From positions 2,108,001-2,172,000 of the forward strand of contig JAUFOQ010000003.1 of the NCBI GenBank assembly GCA_040285855.1: 64,000 nucleotides of DNA. The letters run 5' to 3'. Every line of letters starts with the position of its first letter. Within the stretch, counting starts at the first letter, position 1. The notes below the pieces were generated by a model. That model was not told the DNA's origin. It searched no databases and saw nothing but the letters and a program-made list of their open reading frames with translations. A program made the position numbers and the translations under genes. This stretch comes from Eukaryota sp. GEM-RC1 (lineage: Eukaryota). Of the stretch, positions 20,408-32,820 are shown piece after piece.

Positions 20408-20566
20408 AAGATAATTATTTGATTTAATTGATCAGAAAGATACGATGTCGAGTGTTTCTCTCATTTTCATCAATTGAAGGCATTGTTGGGCTGATGAAAA
20501 AATACAAATACAAATACCCTTTAGTGTTTATGTATCGATATTTGTTGTCAATTTCCTCAACCAAAA

Positions 20567-22064
20567 ATGGTTTCCACCAAATTACCCCATTCATCCTCGT
20601 TTCGAAGCATCAGCTCCTTTGTCGATTTCATTGGACCTACTCGACGTTTTTCAGTTTCCTCAGCAGCTATAACTGAAGAGTTAGATCCCAATCAACTTGG
20701 CCTTTCCCTCAAACCTCTTCCTGAAGAGGATATCAGTGAACTAGAATGGGATTTAACTGATGAAATCAGTGATCTACCAATGGTTGAAGTCTATGAACGC
20801 TTGGACGAATACCTGGGCAATGAACATGACTACAACATATCCTCATCCACACTAGAAGTGGACTTTCTACTGAAACTTGCCTTTGCCCTAACTATCAACG
20901 GAATGCCTAGTACTGCCGTAGAATCTCACATCATTAAAATTGCCAAACGTCTAGGCTTCACAGCTTCCGTTTGCTTGTCCCCTCGTCAAATCTCTCTTTG
21001 CTTTACACCACTTGATTCCACCCACTCTTCCTCTAGAACTCGTACCTTCATCATCCACTGTGATGACGTTGGTTCAGTCTCCAACGTAGCTTCTCTGTCA
21101 CTGCTTTACAATCTAGCGGAGGCAATCTCTGAAGGTACTCTTTCTCTTGAATCAGCTTTCAAGGGTCTCCTGGATATTCTACAAAACCCCCAGAGTATTC
21201 CAAGAAGAGTAGAATTCTAGCTGGAGGGTTTGCAAGTGCAGGACTCGTAGCCCTGTTTTTGACTCGTCACTTGTTGCTATAACGGTGGCATTCATTGGTG
21301 GATTTGTTGAACAATTAGTTGAGTTTTTTGTTTGTCAACGTTATCCTGGATATGCCAAGATTCACACCTTTGTCACTCCTCTTTTATTGACCCTCTTGAT
21401 CTCTTCTTTCCACATGCTCTTTCCCCAGGCTCAATTCGATCTGCTGTCAGTATTACTAATGTCTTCAATGTGGATTCTGCCTGGTATGTCTTTAGCTTCT
21501 TCTTTAAGTGAGTTAGCTAGGAGAAACATGTCAATAGGTTCATCTAGGTTGTTTTACGCCTTCATGGTGGCAATTCTAGTATCGTATGCTATTCAAATAG
21601 GTTTCTTTATCATTGGAGCTTTCAAAAGTGATTTCCCCCCAGAGATTACTGGATCAGTTGACTGGGGTTTACCAATGTTAAGTTTTTGGTTCCTCTTAAC
21701 TTCCCTTTCTTTCTGCGTGCTGATACATACTCCAGTTAATCTATGGTTTCCAGTGATATCAGCAAGTTGTATTGCTTTTGTTACATACCGAACCTTAATT
21801 ATGTCATCAACCTACACTAACTTTGCTACCCTGGGTGCTGCTCTACTAGGTGGGTTGTGGTCTAGGTTGTGGAGTGCGGCTACTGGAAAGACACTGTTAA
21901 TTCCTCTTACTGGTGCAATCATTTTGCTAGTTCCTGGATCGTTGTCAGTCAGAAGTTTCCTTTCAATGTTTTCTGATAAGGAAATGGGTCCTGACATTGC
22001 GAGTCAAATGATTCAGACCTCTGTTTCTTTAGCTATTGGAGTTGTTATTAGTACAAGTAAGTAA
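20567..22064 (+). CDS. ThrE-family (threonine/serine exporter, Prm10-like) membrane protein; two single-base deletions near 21215-21260
   Basis: NGMPSTAVE...LSPRQI ThrE N-domain, ILPGMSLASSLSEL and LLVPGS. The linker EILAGGFASAGLVALFFD is restored by adding one base in each of two homopolymers. Confidence 0.85.
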
Positions 22065-25000
22065 GGATTGCTTATTTTCTTTTTGTTTGTTTTTGTATTG
22101 TAATTTGTTCCATCATTTAAATTATTCATTTTGTAGTTAGATAACTGTGTTAATAAATACTTGTTGATTACCGTCACTTGTTTTTTTATTGCACGAAGTT
22201 TTTAACAAACTAGAAGTGGTGGATGTTATTTAGAAGAGTAACACAACAACAACTCGATCTGCAACTAGATGCACTGCAGATTGTATGCAAATTTTAATTC
22301 GAGATTACATTTCGTTTTGGTAGTCCACTGACTGACAACATCGATTAGTACACTAAATTGCATGATATATAACAACAGAAATTTTATCGAGCAACTAATA
22401 ATACATGAAAATGATCACCATAGTTGGGAAAACCACAACGTAGGAAATAGCATATAAACTACAGAAAAAGAGCAATTTCTATCACTTTGACCTTGTTCGT
22501 TTGGAGTTAAAATTTGGCCGCCTTTCATTGTGTTTTGGTCATGATTCAACCAGATACCTTTTGAAACAAACCCCACGTTACTTCGTAGGAGCAAGACAAA
22601 CATACTAGACATAATAGAATCTGTTACACAAAACAAATAAAAACTGGTGTTTGTTATGGTTTCACATTTGATTAGTTATTTTGATTTATTACGGATATTC
22701 TGAGGAGATTGTGATCCTTGAATAAAGCCAAATGACCTTCCTCAAATAAATACAAATAATACAAAGTCAAAATTTATAAGGAGTTTAGAAAGAACAGAAA
22801 AGCACATGAAATACAAAAAATAGGAAAAACACCAATAAAGATTATTTCCCGACTATGATCTGAGACATGGTTCGTCCATACACTCATAGACATTATGGAA
22901 AAACACCGGAAACCTCTGATGATCAACCTTTTCTTCTACTGGAAGCAACACCCGAAGGGGTCTTTAAACGCTTCTTTAGACCATTTGATCCTATGATCCA
23001 GTGGTTCTGCATTCTGTTAACCAGTTATCTTCTTAGATGGATGTCGAAGAGAAGTACCGAATACGAACTGTCCTTGAATAGCTACCAAGAGAAGAAATCT
23101 AATTGTATGTATCGATAAATAAGAAGTGCCATTTAATAAGAGTATTTTTCTTTTTTAATATTTTGTTTCTGAAACCCTTATCCCAATGATCTCATTGTCT
23201 GCTAGCGAGGTGTTAATGAAGTTGAAATTTCCAAGAAGCTAGCTAAACGCTCTTTTATCAGTTACATTGTTCAACGAAAGGACGGTATGTACCTTGTTTG
23301 TACAAATTCCGTTTGCTTAGGTAAAAACACCGACCACAACGTCAGTTGAAAGACTTTAACAGTGTAATTAAGAAAAGCCTGTTGGTCATTATGCCTTTAG
23401 ACCACTGAAGGACGAGGAAGTATTTCTGTCATACGAATGGTACTTTCTAAAAGATAAGACAGCCATTCCTTGGTATCAGTAATTACGGACCCTAAAACTG
23501 TTCTTGAACTGTTCTTGAACATCAATGACTGGAAACATTCATGTGCTTTGAGTTCTTTTAGTTTTACAACTCAAACAGTTGAGTTACTCTATCTGTGATC
23601 ACAGTGAATATTAGTTGTTGAATTAAATTTTGTGATAATAAGTGGTCATTGGTAGATTTTGTTTTATCAGTCCTATGATGTCTGCCAACATCACTATTAG
23701 GACTGAACTCATAATTACATCTAACCCATCTAATGAAAATTCAAATACAAGTTCAATCACAATAATTTGGTAGACTTTTATGTTGCTATCCAATATAACA
23801 GAGAATGTTCCATTCACAAGGATTCACAAGTCGTACTGAAATACATAAACGTCATAGATATCAATAATAATATGGTTTGAAGATATGATGAATGAAATTC
23901 TGCGTGTAAGAAAATGCTTCTTCCACGAAACAGAACCACTTGAAACTAAGGAAAAAATGAAAAAAGAAACTAAAGGAAGACATACCACAAGCCTGATGTG
24001 GCCAAGCAATCAAATTTGATTGAAAGTGAAATTACGGGTTTCGTAGAAGCGTCCATCGGTTTTTTGTCCCATCAGTTGAATTTCTATTCTAAATGTGATG
24101 ATGACGTGTAATTGTGTGGTCACACATGAATTAGTTAGAAGTTTCGAGGTGGCTGACAGAGTCTAGAATGATACTTCAAGAGTAAATGGATGATGATAAC
24201 TATAGTAAGCAACCCTACCAAAACAGTTACAAAGAGGATCTCTTGTTCACATAGTTAATAACCCTTGTAAAGTGAAGTCATACAAAAGGAGACCAAATGT
24301 CAAGTGACAGTAAGACATAGTGGGAAACACACGAAGAAGTTGTTGTGCAAAACAAGTTCTTGTAAGAGAAGTAACTGCTGCCCGCCCTTTTCACGCATTC
24401 TCCTACATCTTTACTCTCCTCTTTGCTTAATAGAATCTCTCAACGTCCCCTCTCTAGATCACGAGATCCCTCTAAGTCTGACTGATTTGTATTTCTACAC
24501 TTTTAAACATTCGCCCCTACTTACTTGGAATAGATATTTATAAGTCCAACTTTCCTTTGAAAGGAGAGTGGGGATAGTCTCCAACCATTAGAATCTGTAA
24601 ATGTTTGCAAAAAGACATCCTTAAAGAATGCTTACTCTGAAACTTTCTCTTTAGACATTTCTGAACAAGCCAAACAGGATAAGTACAAGAAACCATAGAT
24701 GGCTCTAAAACATGTAAAACATGTTGAGTACGAATTATGCCCTTTGCTGTTTAAACTTACGGACGTTTAGGAAAAAGTACATTGGGAACCGTACCAATAT
24801 ACCTGGCGTCCCAATATTGAACCGTATAAAGAAGCACCATTGGGAAACATATTGGACTGGCTGCTGCTGAATGTGAACTAGTACACTGTATATACTAGTA
24901 TTGTCCACAACATAGACTGACCTACTTATTACAGTATTACACATTCACATAACATTGACATTGTAAACTCTTTGAGTTAAACTTGTCAAATAACTCAGTG

Positions 25001-25159
25001 TGTCATAACACAACCATGTCACATCGACTAGATCGCATTTGCATTTGTTCCAAGCCGTCGATTTTGTCTGCTGCAATAGAAGTGATGCCTTAATTAATGT
25101 CCTGACAATAAGTGCAGCAAACTGCTCAGGCCTAAACAAATGTCAGAGGTGTACATGTA

Positions 25160-25754
25160 CACCGATTGTTTCAATTAGTCTCACTGAGACTAATACCGAA
25201 CGTCATATTCACTGGTCACTTATCGGAATTAGTCTCACTGAGACTAATTTCTAGTGAGAGTAATTGCAAATAGTCTCACGGAGACTAAGTATTTCGCACT
25301 TGAATTAGTCTCACTAAATTATTATAAACATGACATCATTTTTCTTTCAAACACTTCCCCTAATTCAAGTAACCACGCTCTTTAACAAATACACTCTACC
25401 CTTGATCTATCTGTGTTTCTTCACGATTTCTTGAAGATCAACGGTCTACTTATATTCATGCCAAACTACAGTTTCATCTCCAGTTGGATCTTGGAAGATA
25501 CTCTGAGCCTGGTAGCTACGAATGAAGCTATAAAAAGTGATTTAGATTGGTGAGAGGGGAATCATATGGTTAAGTAGGTTTTTTGATCCTATCAGTATAA
25601 AAGTTGTCATTCAATTCAATCATTTGTATTTTTGTTGCATCTTTCTCGTTAAAAACTACAAAAGTATTATTTGGGAGGTCAAAAATGAAACTCTCATATC
25701 TGAATTAGTCTCACTGAGACTATTTTCTAGTGAGACTAATTGAAACAATCGGTG
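25160..25754. mobile_element. MITE (595 bp), Tc1/mariner-like
   Basis: 26-bp perfect TIR CACCGATTGTTTCAATTAGTCTCACT; TA on the left flank; internal TAGTCTCACTGAGACTA palindromes. Confidence 0.85.
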
Positions 25755-25844
25755 TTGTGTAGTTATTTCCATAAATCACAGCAATTTCAAATAAACATCC
25801 AGAAATAATAATATTATTCAAATTAAAACACAAAAAAACTAAGT

Positions 25845-26862
25845 CTATGAAGATTCTTCTTCTTCGTCATCGCTAGCAACCTCAGCAGTCTGTAGCCAGT
25901 CCATAAACGGCTGCACTGCCTTCCCTCAATGGCCTCTCTGGTTTCTGGTCATGCCAGGCTACTATCACGTCTTCATCAAGGAAATCTTCCTCATACAGGA
26001 AATGAAATACCTGCATTGCAAAAGCGTCCCGAACTGCTGAGAATATCGTGAAAAACTTTCCCAGTAGCTTCAGAAACAATACCTGTCCCTTCATCTCAGT
26101 AAAACCAGCTTTGATCACTTCCAAGTTGTTCTGCACACTTGTTAAAGGATCGTCCCCTTCAGAAGTTAGCAGAGTAAAGAACATGAGACTGTAGCGTTGT
26201 GTATCATCGTACTCAGCAGCAACTGAAATAAGTCTGATATGTTCAAGAATCTCCTCAGTAGTATGGTCTTCTTTAAGGAAGTTATGGATTTTTTCCACGT
26301 TATCCTCCAAAAACTCGGCTTCAGACTTGATCCCAGATGATGGGACAACGGCTTCAGCGCTATCTAGACGAGCTTCGAGTTCTCTATCAAGTACTGGACC
26401 TTCGTCTTCTTCCGATTTGGCTGTAGTAGAGACAACTCTTCTCATGAAGGAAACAATCTTGTGTTTGTCGGAGCATTTGGCGTTCACACCACAAGCTTTA
26501 CAATCGAAGATCAAGTCTTTTTTAGTTGCTTTCATGACTGTTTCAGGAAGTTTGCAACGCGGGCAGAGGATGTATTTGTTGATGAACCCTTGTAAGGTTT
26601 GTTGCAGCCCATTAGCTTCGTGTGCACCATTAACAACGGCATGTTTGGATTCATCGTTCCAGCTGGATTGGGCACCAAGTTCCATTCCAAGCCACTTAAC
26701 GCAAAAGGCAGGATTGACGTGAAGAGAGCGAGCTACTGCATCCATGTTGGGGACCACAGTCTTGATACCATTTCCTCTACCCTCGATTTTTGATTCTATC
26801 GGGGGCATCCGGTATCTGTAAGCCAAGGTTTGAGATCCATCGATATTAATAAGATTGTCCAT
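25845..26862 (-). CDS. EIF5: Translation initiation factor eIF5 (one extra G at ~25924)
   Basis: YRYRMP...KIEGRGNGIKT, CPRCKLPET...CKACG Zn ribbon and W2 domain. The corrected end reads LRKAVQPFMDWLQTAEVASDDEEEESS*. Confidence 0.95.
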
Positions 26863-26937
26863 ATATGTAAGATGGTGTGGAGAGAGGGAATTTTCCTATA
26901 AAAGATCTAGATTCAACTTCAGGGCTAACTCCTACTA

Positions 26938-27885
26938 CAGTCAACCCTGTCTATAGCGTAACCCTCTATATAGCGTTATTTTTTTCACCCACACGACATT
27001 TTTTCCAGAACGACAATCTGTTTGTCTCTGTTACGAGTGGAGTATGAAGTGATAAAGTACCTCTAGCTAAACATTCCATTCTATTCATCATATCCAACAA
27101 CTTGATGATCCTTTGACAGCCGTTGTCTCACATCATTGTTCTGTTGTAGTTTCTCATCTTCCTTCAAGGTCTACATCGCCTTACGAAGCAACCCCAGTTC
27201 ACACACGTAGAAAACATTCTTCAACATCTACATTTCTCTAAATATAGACATCTCTTGTGAATAGAGTCAACAGAGTAAAGATAAAAACGTCGAAGGCGCA
27301 CCATTCTCAAAACGAAGGTGTTTAGATCTATCACCTCTCAGACTTGAAAGACTTCTTCCCTTGTATCGCCATCACCTCTCTGCTGAACCAATACTATAAC
27401 CTTAAGATACGAAGACGAAGAGTTTATCGTGCTGTAAGAACAAATACCAGCGTAGAAATGATAAAATGTGTACTATGTGACATAGGTATCCCACCTACAT
27501 GCAGAAGAAGACGGTAGAGGAAGGGCGGATCGAAGATAGATCATGATGTGAAGACAACATCATTCATCCTTCCTCCCATATACAAATATGGTTTATGTTA
27601 AGCTACAACACGAGAATGTCTGCAGTTGAACCTGACTCTTCGTTCAATTTCATTGGTCAAAATTTGACATAACCACATTTTGGTCTTGACCGCTGATCTC
27701 ATCATTGACATGGTTGTTGCATCTGCTTTGGCGATGAACGAATGGCCCACTCCTAGTTCTCTTCATTTGCTTTGTATATAAAGACTCAACTCAATTTGTA
27801 GAACTGCACAGGGTGTTTATTGGATATAACGTAAAACTGGTTATAGTGTAAGGACATATAGTGACGCTATAGACAGGGTTGACTG
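26938..27885. mobile_element. pogo/Tc1-mariner-type non-autonomous element (948 bp)
   Basis: 22-bp perfect TIR CAGTCAACCCTGTCTATAGCGT, flanked by TA on both sides. Confidence 0.9.
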
Positions 27886-28189
27886 TATTGTGAATTGCAT
27901 AACAACTGCATACCCCCAGTTCTGACATCGACTCATCACAGCTGTGAGAGGCATATAACGGCATCGTTAATTTATTGAAATGTGTTCACACCAATACTAA
28001 TTATACATTCTGTTCCATCAACCCAAAAACATCAAGAACATTTTAGAGCCTTTAATGATGAAATTGGAGTGGTTTAGATGACGTGATCTTTGTTAGGTAC
28101 TAGACTAGTTTTGTTTTAAATGAGTTTTATGAGTACATCTTTGCAGGAAAAGAAGAATTCACTGCAGATCTCCAACAACAAATATTTGA

Positions 28190-28500
28190 GCACAATTAGA
28201 AGACGTGATGATTTGATAGGTCCTTGGTTATCTTGTCAGGAAATTATCATGAAATTCACAAATGTTGATCCTTGTAATTCAAGGTCAATTTTCCCAAAAA
28301 ATTGATGAAGACTTTTCTGCTCTTGAAGTAGCTGAAAAGGGCAAATTACAAAATACTGCCATTTAATTAATGTATTGAATGTTGACAGGTACAATTCTTA
28401 TGTGTTTCAACCATTCGCGGTGCCGATATACGGTAATGTTGGACTAGCTGCACAAGGTTCTTTGACTTCTTTTGGTAAATTGTAAAGTGTTCAATCAAAA
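28190..28500 (+). mobile_element. Degraded REL non-LTR fragment
   Basis: Remnant reading: KFTNVDPCN...ALEVAEKGKLQKY...VFQPFAVPIYGNVG. Confidence 0.6.
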
Positions 28501-28599
28501 TATTTGGTTAAGTAGGTTAACGTTTGCGCCATTTCGTTCCCTGCTCAGATATTGTATTTCGAAGAATATGTTAACTACAATTACATAAAGTATAATACG

Positions 28600-29065
28600 G
28601 ATTTATGTGCGGAGAAAAACACATAATAAGATAAGTACAAATAAATACACACTATCAAAACAAATTATCAAACGAACTACCTAATTCCGAAAAGTAGTTG
28701 CCTCCAAACAACTTGGACAAAATGGAATCAACATATCTATACATAGACCTAAAAATCGAAAAAACAAATTTACTCTTCCAGTACGATCTGTTAAACTTCT
28801 TGCCAAATTCTGAACACAAATTTTCAAATAAACTTAAAAACTCCTTGGTAGAAGAACCGAAATTTCCATACAATGAAACTGCAAAAGGCTGAAAGACGAT
28901 ATTATTGTGTCTTCGTGAATTCAATGCAGCATCTTGATGTCCGTACTTAGACACTTTGGCGTTCTCAGCGTCTTTCAGTGGATCATTTGAAGTATTCAAA
29001 ATGTTGGCAATAGCTGAAGCTTTGCAAGGATCAACGGTCGTAAAATCAACAACAAAGTTGTCATT
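28600..29065 (-). mobile_element. 3' fragment of REL non-LTR retroelement (family C)
   Basis: VDFTTVDPC, AENAKVSKY, FQPFAVSLYGNFG, YWKSKFVFSIF. Confidence 0.8.
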
Positions 29066-29305
29066 GAATTGAGGTATTTCAGTCAGTCAAGTCAAACTCC
29101 TATATGATGTTAGTTTAGTCAAGAAAGGTGGCTCAATATTTGGGTTATAAAAGAAGGAGCAAAGACATTATGTTCAATTCAATTGAAAAATTCACGTGAT
29201 AAGTTAAATTTTTTCAGCATGTTATTCGCGAATTAAGTAATAAATGAAAAGAAAACTTTAATTCAATAAATTGACAGTAGACCTCAATATTTACAACAAA
29301 AACAA

Positions 29306-31407
29306 TTAAACTACTCTGGAATCCCTAACCTCATTAACTATATCATACGCCTTCCTCAATATCGACAGCCTATCATTTAGAGCCTTCCTTCTAGCTGCAA
29401 TATCAGGATCTTCTGCTAACAGCTGGTCAAATAAATCATCCTTGTACAAGTGTTGTACAAGTTCATTCTGCAACATTTCCTTTACCTTGTTCACTAAGAA
29501 GTGCATAATAGCCTTGGGAACCGTATCACGAACCTTCTTGGCAACCAACAAAAGTATGACTCTAAAAGCTTGGAGATGATCTCAGTGGCCATGTGCTCGT
29601 GTTCACCCAAAGGACCAGTCAGTTTCAAAGAGGCAGGTACCTCGTCATGATTGGAAGACTTTCGAGGACGACCAGATGCCGGTTGTGATGGAGGGGAAGT
29701 TTGTTTAGTAGCAAAGAACCCAAAGATTCCAGTTGATTGAGGGTCAGAAGGTGGAGGTTGCTTGGTGTCCTTGGGATTTTTAGAATCTTTCTTTGATGAC
29801 GTTGTTGATGACGAAGTACTTGCTTGTTCTGCTGATTGATTTTGACTCTCAACCCGCTGATCAACTAGCTTGTTGATTGCACCACTTGCTCCTAAGAAAT
29901 CAGGATGATTGGTATTAATATAGGCAAGCTCAATCGCAATCAAATCAACAATCATTTTCTTCGTTGGAGTCAAACACTTTCTCAAAAGTCCTGCCGCAAC
30001 ATCCAACACTTGCTCACAGAGATAAGAAAACCGTTTCAACTCCCCATTAGGACATTGTTGAGTAATCCTAACCAATTCATGATAAACAAGTTCAACTACC
30101 CTAATTGCAGGATTCTCTAGCCTTGAAATCTGTCTCTTGGCTAGAATCTCAAAAGACTCTTCTGGAATAAACAATGAAGTTCTAGGCCCAGTGGCGTTAC
30201 GAATGGCAGTCCTGATATCTTCTCTATTGAGCTCATCACTACTTGCAACCTTCTCAATCTGTCTAGCAAGGATGTCGTGGAAGACATAAGCAATACGAGC
30301 TCCACCGTACAACTCATTAGTAGAAACATCACTCAATTTACCATCAATTGAGTTGGAGAAGTCCTGGGCATAGTTAGTCAACAACTTCAACAACAAAGCT
30401 CCCTGATTAGAAGCTCCTAGTAGCTCATCTCCACCTAAACTCCGCAGTTCTTCACTTGTTGAAGTTAGAGAAGACCTAATCTTGTCCTTAATCTCGGGTA
30501 GGCAATGTTGGATGTGGTTCATTAGAACATAGTTAAGAGCTTTGGCTAAGAAAGGGGTTCCTAGTTTGTGGCAAATGGATTTGTACTTTGGATGAGCCTC
30601 GAAATACTTCTTCTCATCACGTAGAGCTTCAGAGATTGGCTTATCAGAGGAAATATCTGCTTGAGATCTGTTAACAACACCTACAAATCCCAATCTTAGA
30701 GGGACGACACGGCCAGTAAGGATGTCCAGGGCGTCCGTACCCTTGTCCATTAAGTCAAGCTTAGTAATGACACCTAGGGTTCTTTTACCTTCAGGATCTA
30801 CTAGTCTGGCTAATTGTAGGGCATCACTGTTGGCTAGATCTTGATTGGCAGCAGAGACAGCTAGAATGATCGCATTGGGTTTCTGGATGTAGTGGAGGAC
30901 CATGTTACGTAGCTGGACTTCAATGTCAGCGGGTTGGTCTTCAATGGCAATCTTTGTGACACCAGGGAGATCTACGAGGGTGAGAGGAACAACACGTGGT
31001 GAGAAGATCTTGAGGTTGATTGGAACTGAGCTAATGGCTTTTCCTTTGCCCAGTAGACGGTTGGTTTCAGCGGCTATTTCGTCTCTTATGGCGGCAAAGT
31101 CATGGTAAACTTGGTCTGAACGGTGAAGAAAGACACCAAACTCTTCATCCTTGTTTGGGATGAGTTGTAGAATTAAAGGACGGCGAGTACAGATACCACT
31201 ACCACGGGGAAGAAAAGAAGCTTGGCAAATGTTCTCAAGAACGGAACTTTTACCTGAAGATTGAGAACCTACAACAACAATTTGAGGAAGGTCAATCATG
31301 TTTTGTTCTCCGAGACGAGTGAAGACATCCTGCAGTTTATTGACTATAGGAATGAGTTTTTCCATGCCATTGAAGGACTTATCTCTGTATCTGTCATTTT
31401 GTGACAT
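29306..31407 (-). CDS. Dynamin-related GTPase (Drp1/Vps1-type, no PH/PRD); one T missing at ~29550
   Basis: LPQIVVVGSQSSGKSS, TRRP, DLPG, TKLD, middle domain and GED (DTVPKAIMHFLV). Confidence 0.95.
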
Positions 31408-31791
31408 GTGTTGGAGGAAAGAAAAAGTACCAACATTGTATTTGATTGATATCCTCAAATGCTCTTCTGTTCATGACGTGCCTTCGAAACATCAATTCTG
31501 TTCAGTTACAACATTGTTTATTAACTTAATCAGTCTATCATTGGTTAATCTTCTCTAAAAGTCTTCTCTTGAATCTGGACATTCCCATCCTATTCGATTT
31601 GTTCACTTCTTGGTGCGAGAATTGCACCCCTTGTTCAAACAAGTAGGTTATGTAAGTCAAAGCCTCTTTCAATCAGTTCTTGTTGCAGTAAAGGTGTTTT
31701 TGAAACCAACACATTTCCTATTGTTTCTTCAAGACTTCCACAACTTTCCTCAGTTGCTTCTTTCTTTGGAGCTGCGGTTAGATCTATTAGT

Positions 31792-32648
31792 TTGTATGAG
31801 GATGGGCCAGGGCACATTGATGATGTTTCCATCATCTCCTCTTTCACTTTCGATTTGGAGCTATGCAGATACTTTGAATTTCTTTTAGAATCTTCTCCAA
31901 TGTTCTGTAAGAATCTGAGAAGAATCCATGTTTATGTTTCAATCGGAACTCTATTTCCGTTGTTTTGTGATTCTCTTATGAGTAATTCTACTGTTGTTGA
32001 TTTACAGATTTGCTTTTCACAAGGGATGTCTACTATCCATATATGGAGTTTTTCCAAGGTGTTCCGGTTCAATACCACTTTAAAGAGTGTCAGACTGTCG
32101 TTTCAACCTGTTTACCGTATCTGTAATGATTTTCAAGTAGAAGGCGATGAGCTGCAGTTCCTTTTAAAACTCTTGCGGAGAATACTGTATTACAAAGACT
32201 CAATTTGACCTCTTTTCTTTCTAAAGGACCAAATGTAATCATTCCAATTTTTAAAAGTTCCAGTCTTAAAAGTTTAAAATTTCCGAGGTTTTTTCATGTT
32301 GATTCATCGATTTATTCTGCTCTTAGGGAGAACTATTCTCTACGAGAAATAAGTTTTAATCACAATCTTTTGAATTCTGAAAATCTTGCCGAAGTTTTGA
32401 AATTTAACTCGTCTTTAAAAAAAGTTGAGTTGCACTATTGTTCACTTATTTTGTCACCTCTTTTTAAATTTCTTGAATGTAACACATCTTTATTAGAATT
32501 AACAATTCACAGACCCAATTGTGAAGTTAGTGATGAGGATTCTCAACTGTTGGAGTTAATGTTACAAAGGAATTCCAGTTTGCTTGTTCTGAATCTTCCT
32601 GATTCATTACGTAATTTCAATCGTTGTAAGTATTTTAAGATTTATTAA
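31792..32648 (+). pseudogene. RNI-like LRR family gene, frameshifted or fragmentary; 5' end uncertain
   Basis: Repeating NSTV/NTTL/NYSL/NSSL/NTSL-xxLxL units across two adjacent frames. Confidence 0.55.
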
Positions 32649-32820
32649 ATAATGAATGCATGTCATATTGTTCAAAGTACTGTATTTGAATTGTTATGAA
32701 CATAAGATCCAGGCGAAGCTTAAATCAGAATTAGAGTGAAATCATTGAATATTTTCGTAAATAACTGTTTTGTTTTCTGTATACACATAAGCGAAGCCTG
32801 TGGGGGGGATTTTACTGAAA

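Noticed and set aside
22860..24010. Genes in the short ORFs at 22867-23118, 23623-23817 and 23824-24009
   Set aside because: No recognisable motifs and many stops. An intron-like GTATGT...TTAG near 23286-23320 could not be built into a gene model.
24290..24590. Solo LTR
   Set aside because: Composition is suggestive, but I found no TG...CA ends with a matching TSD and no second copy.
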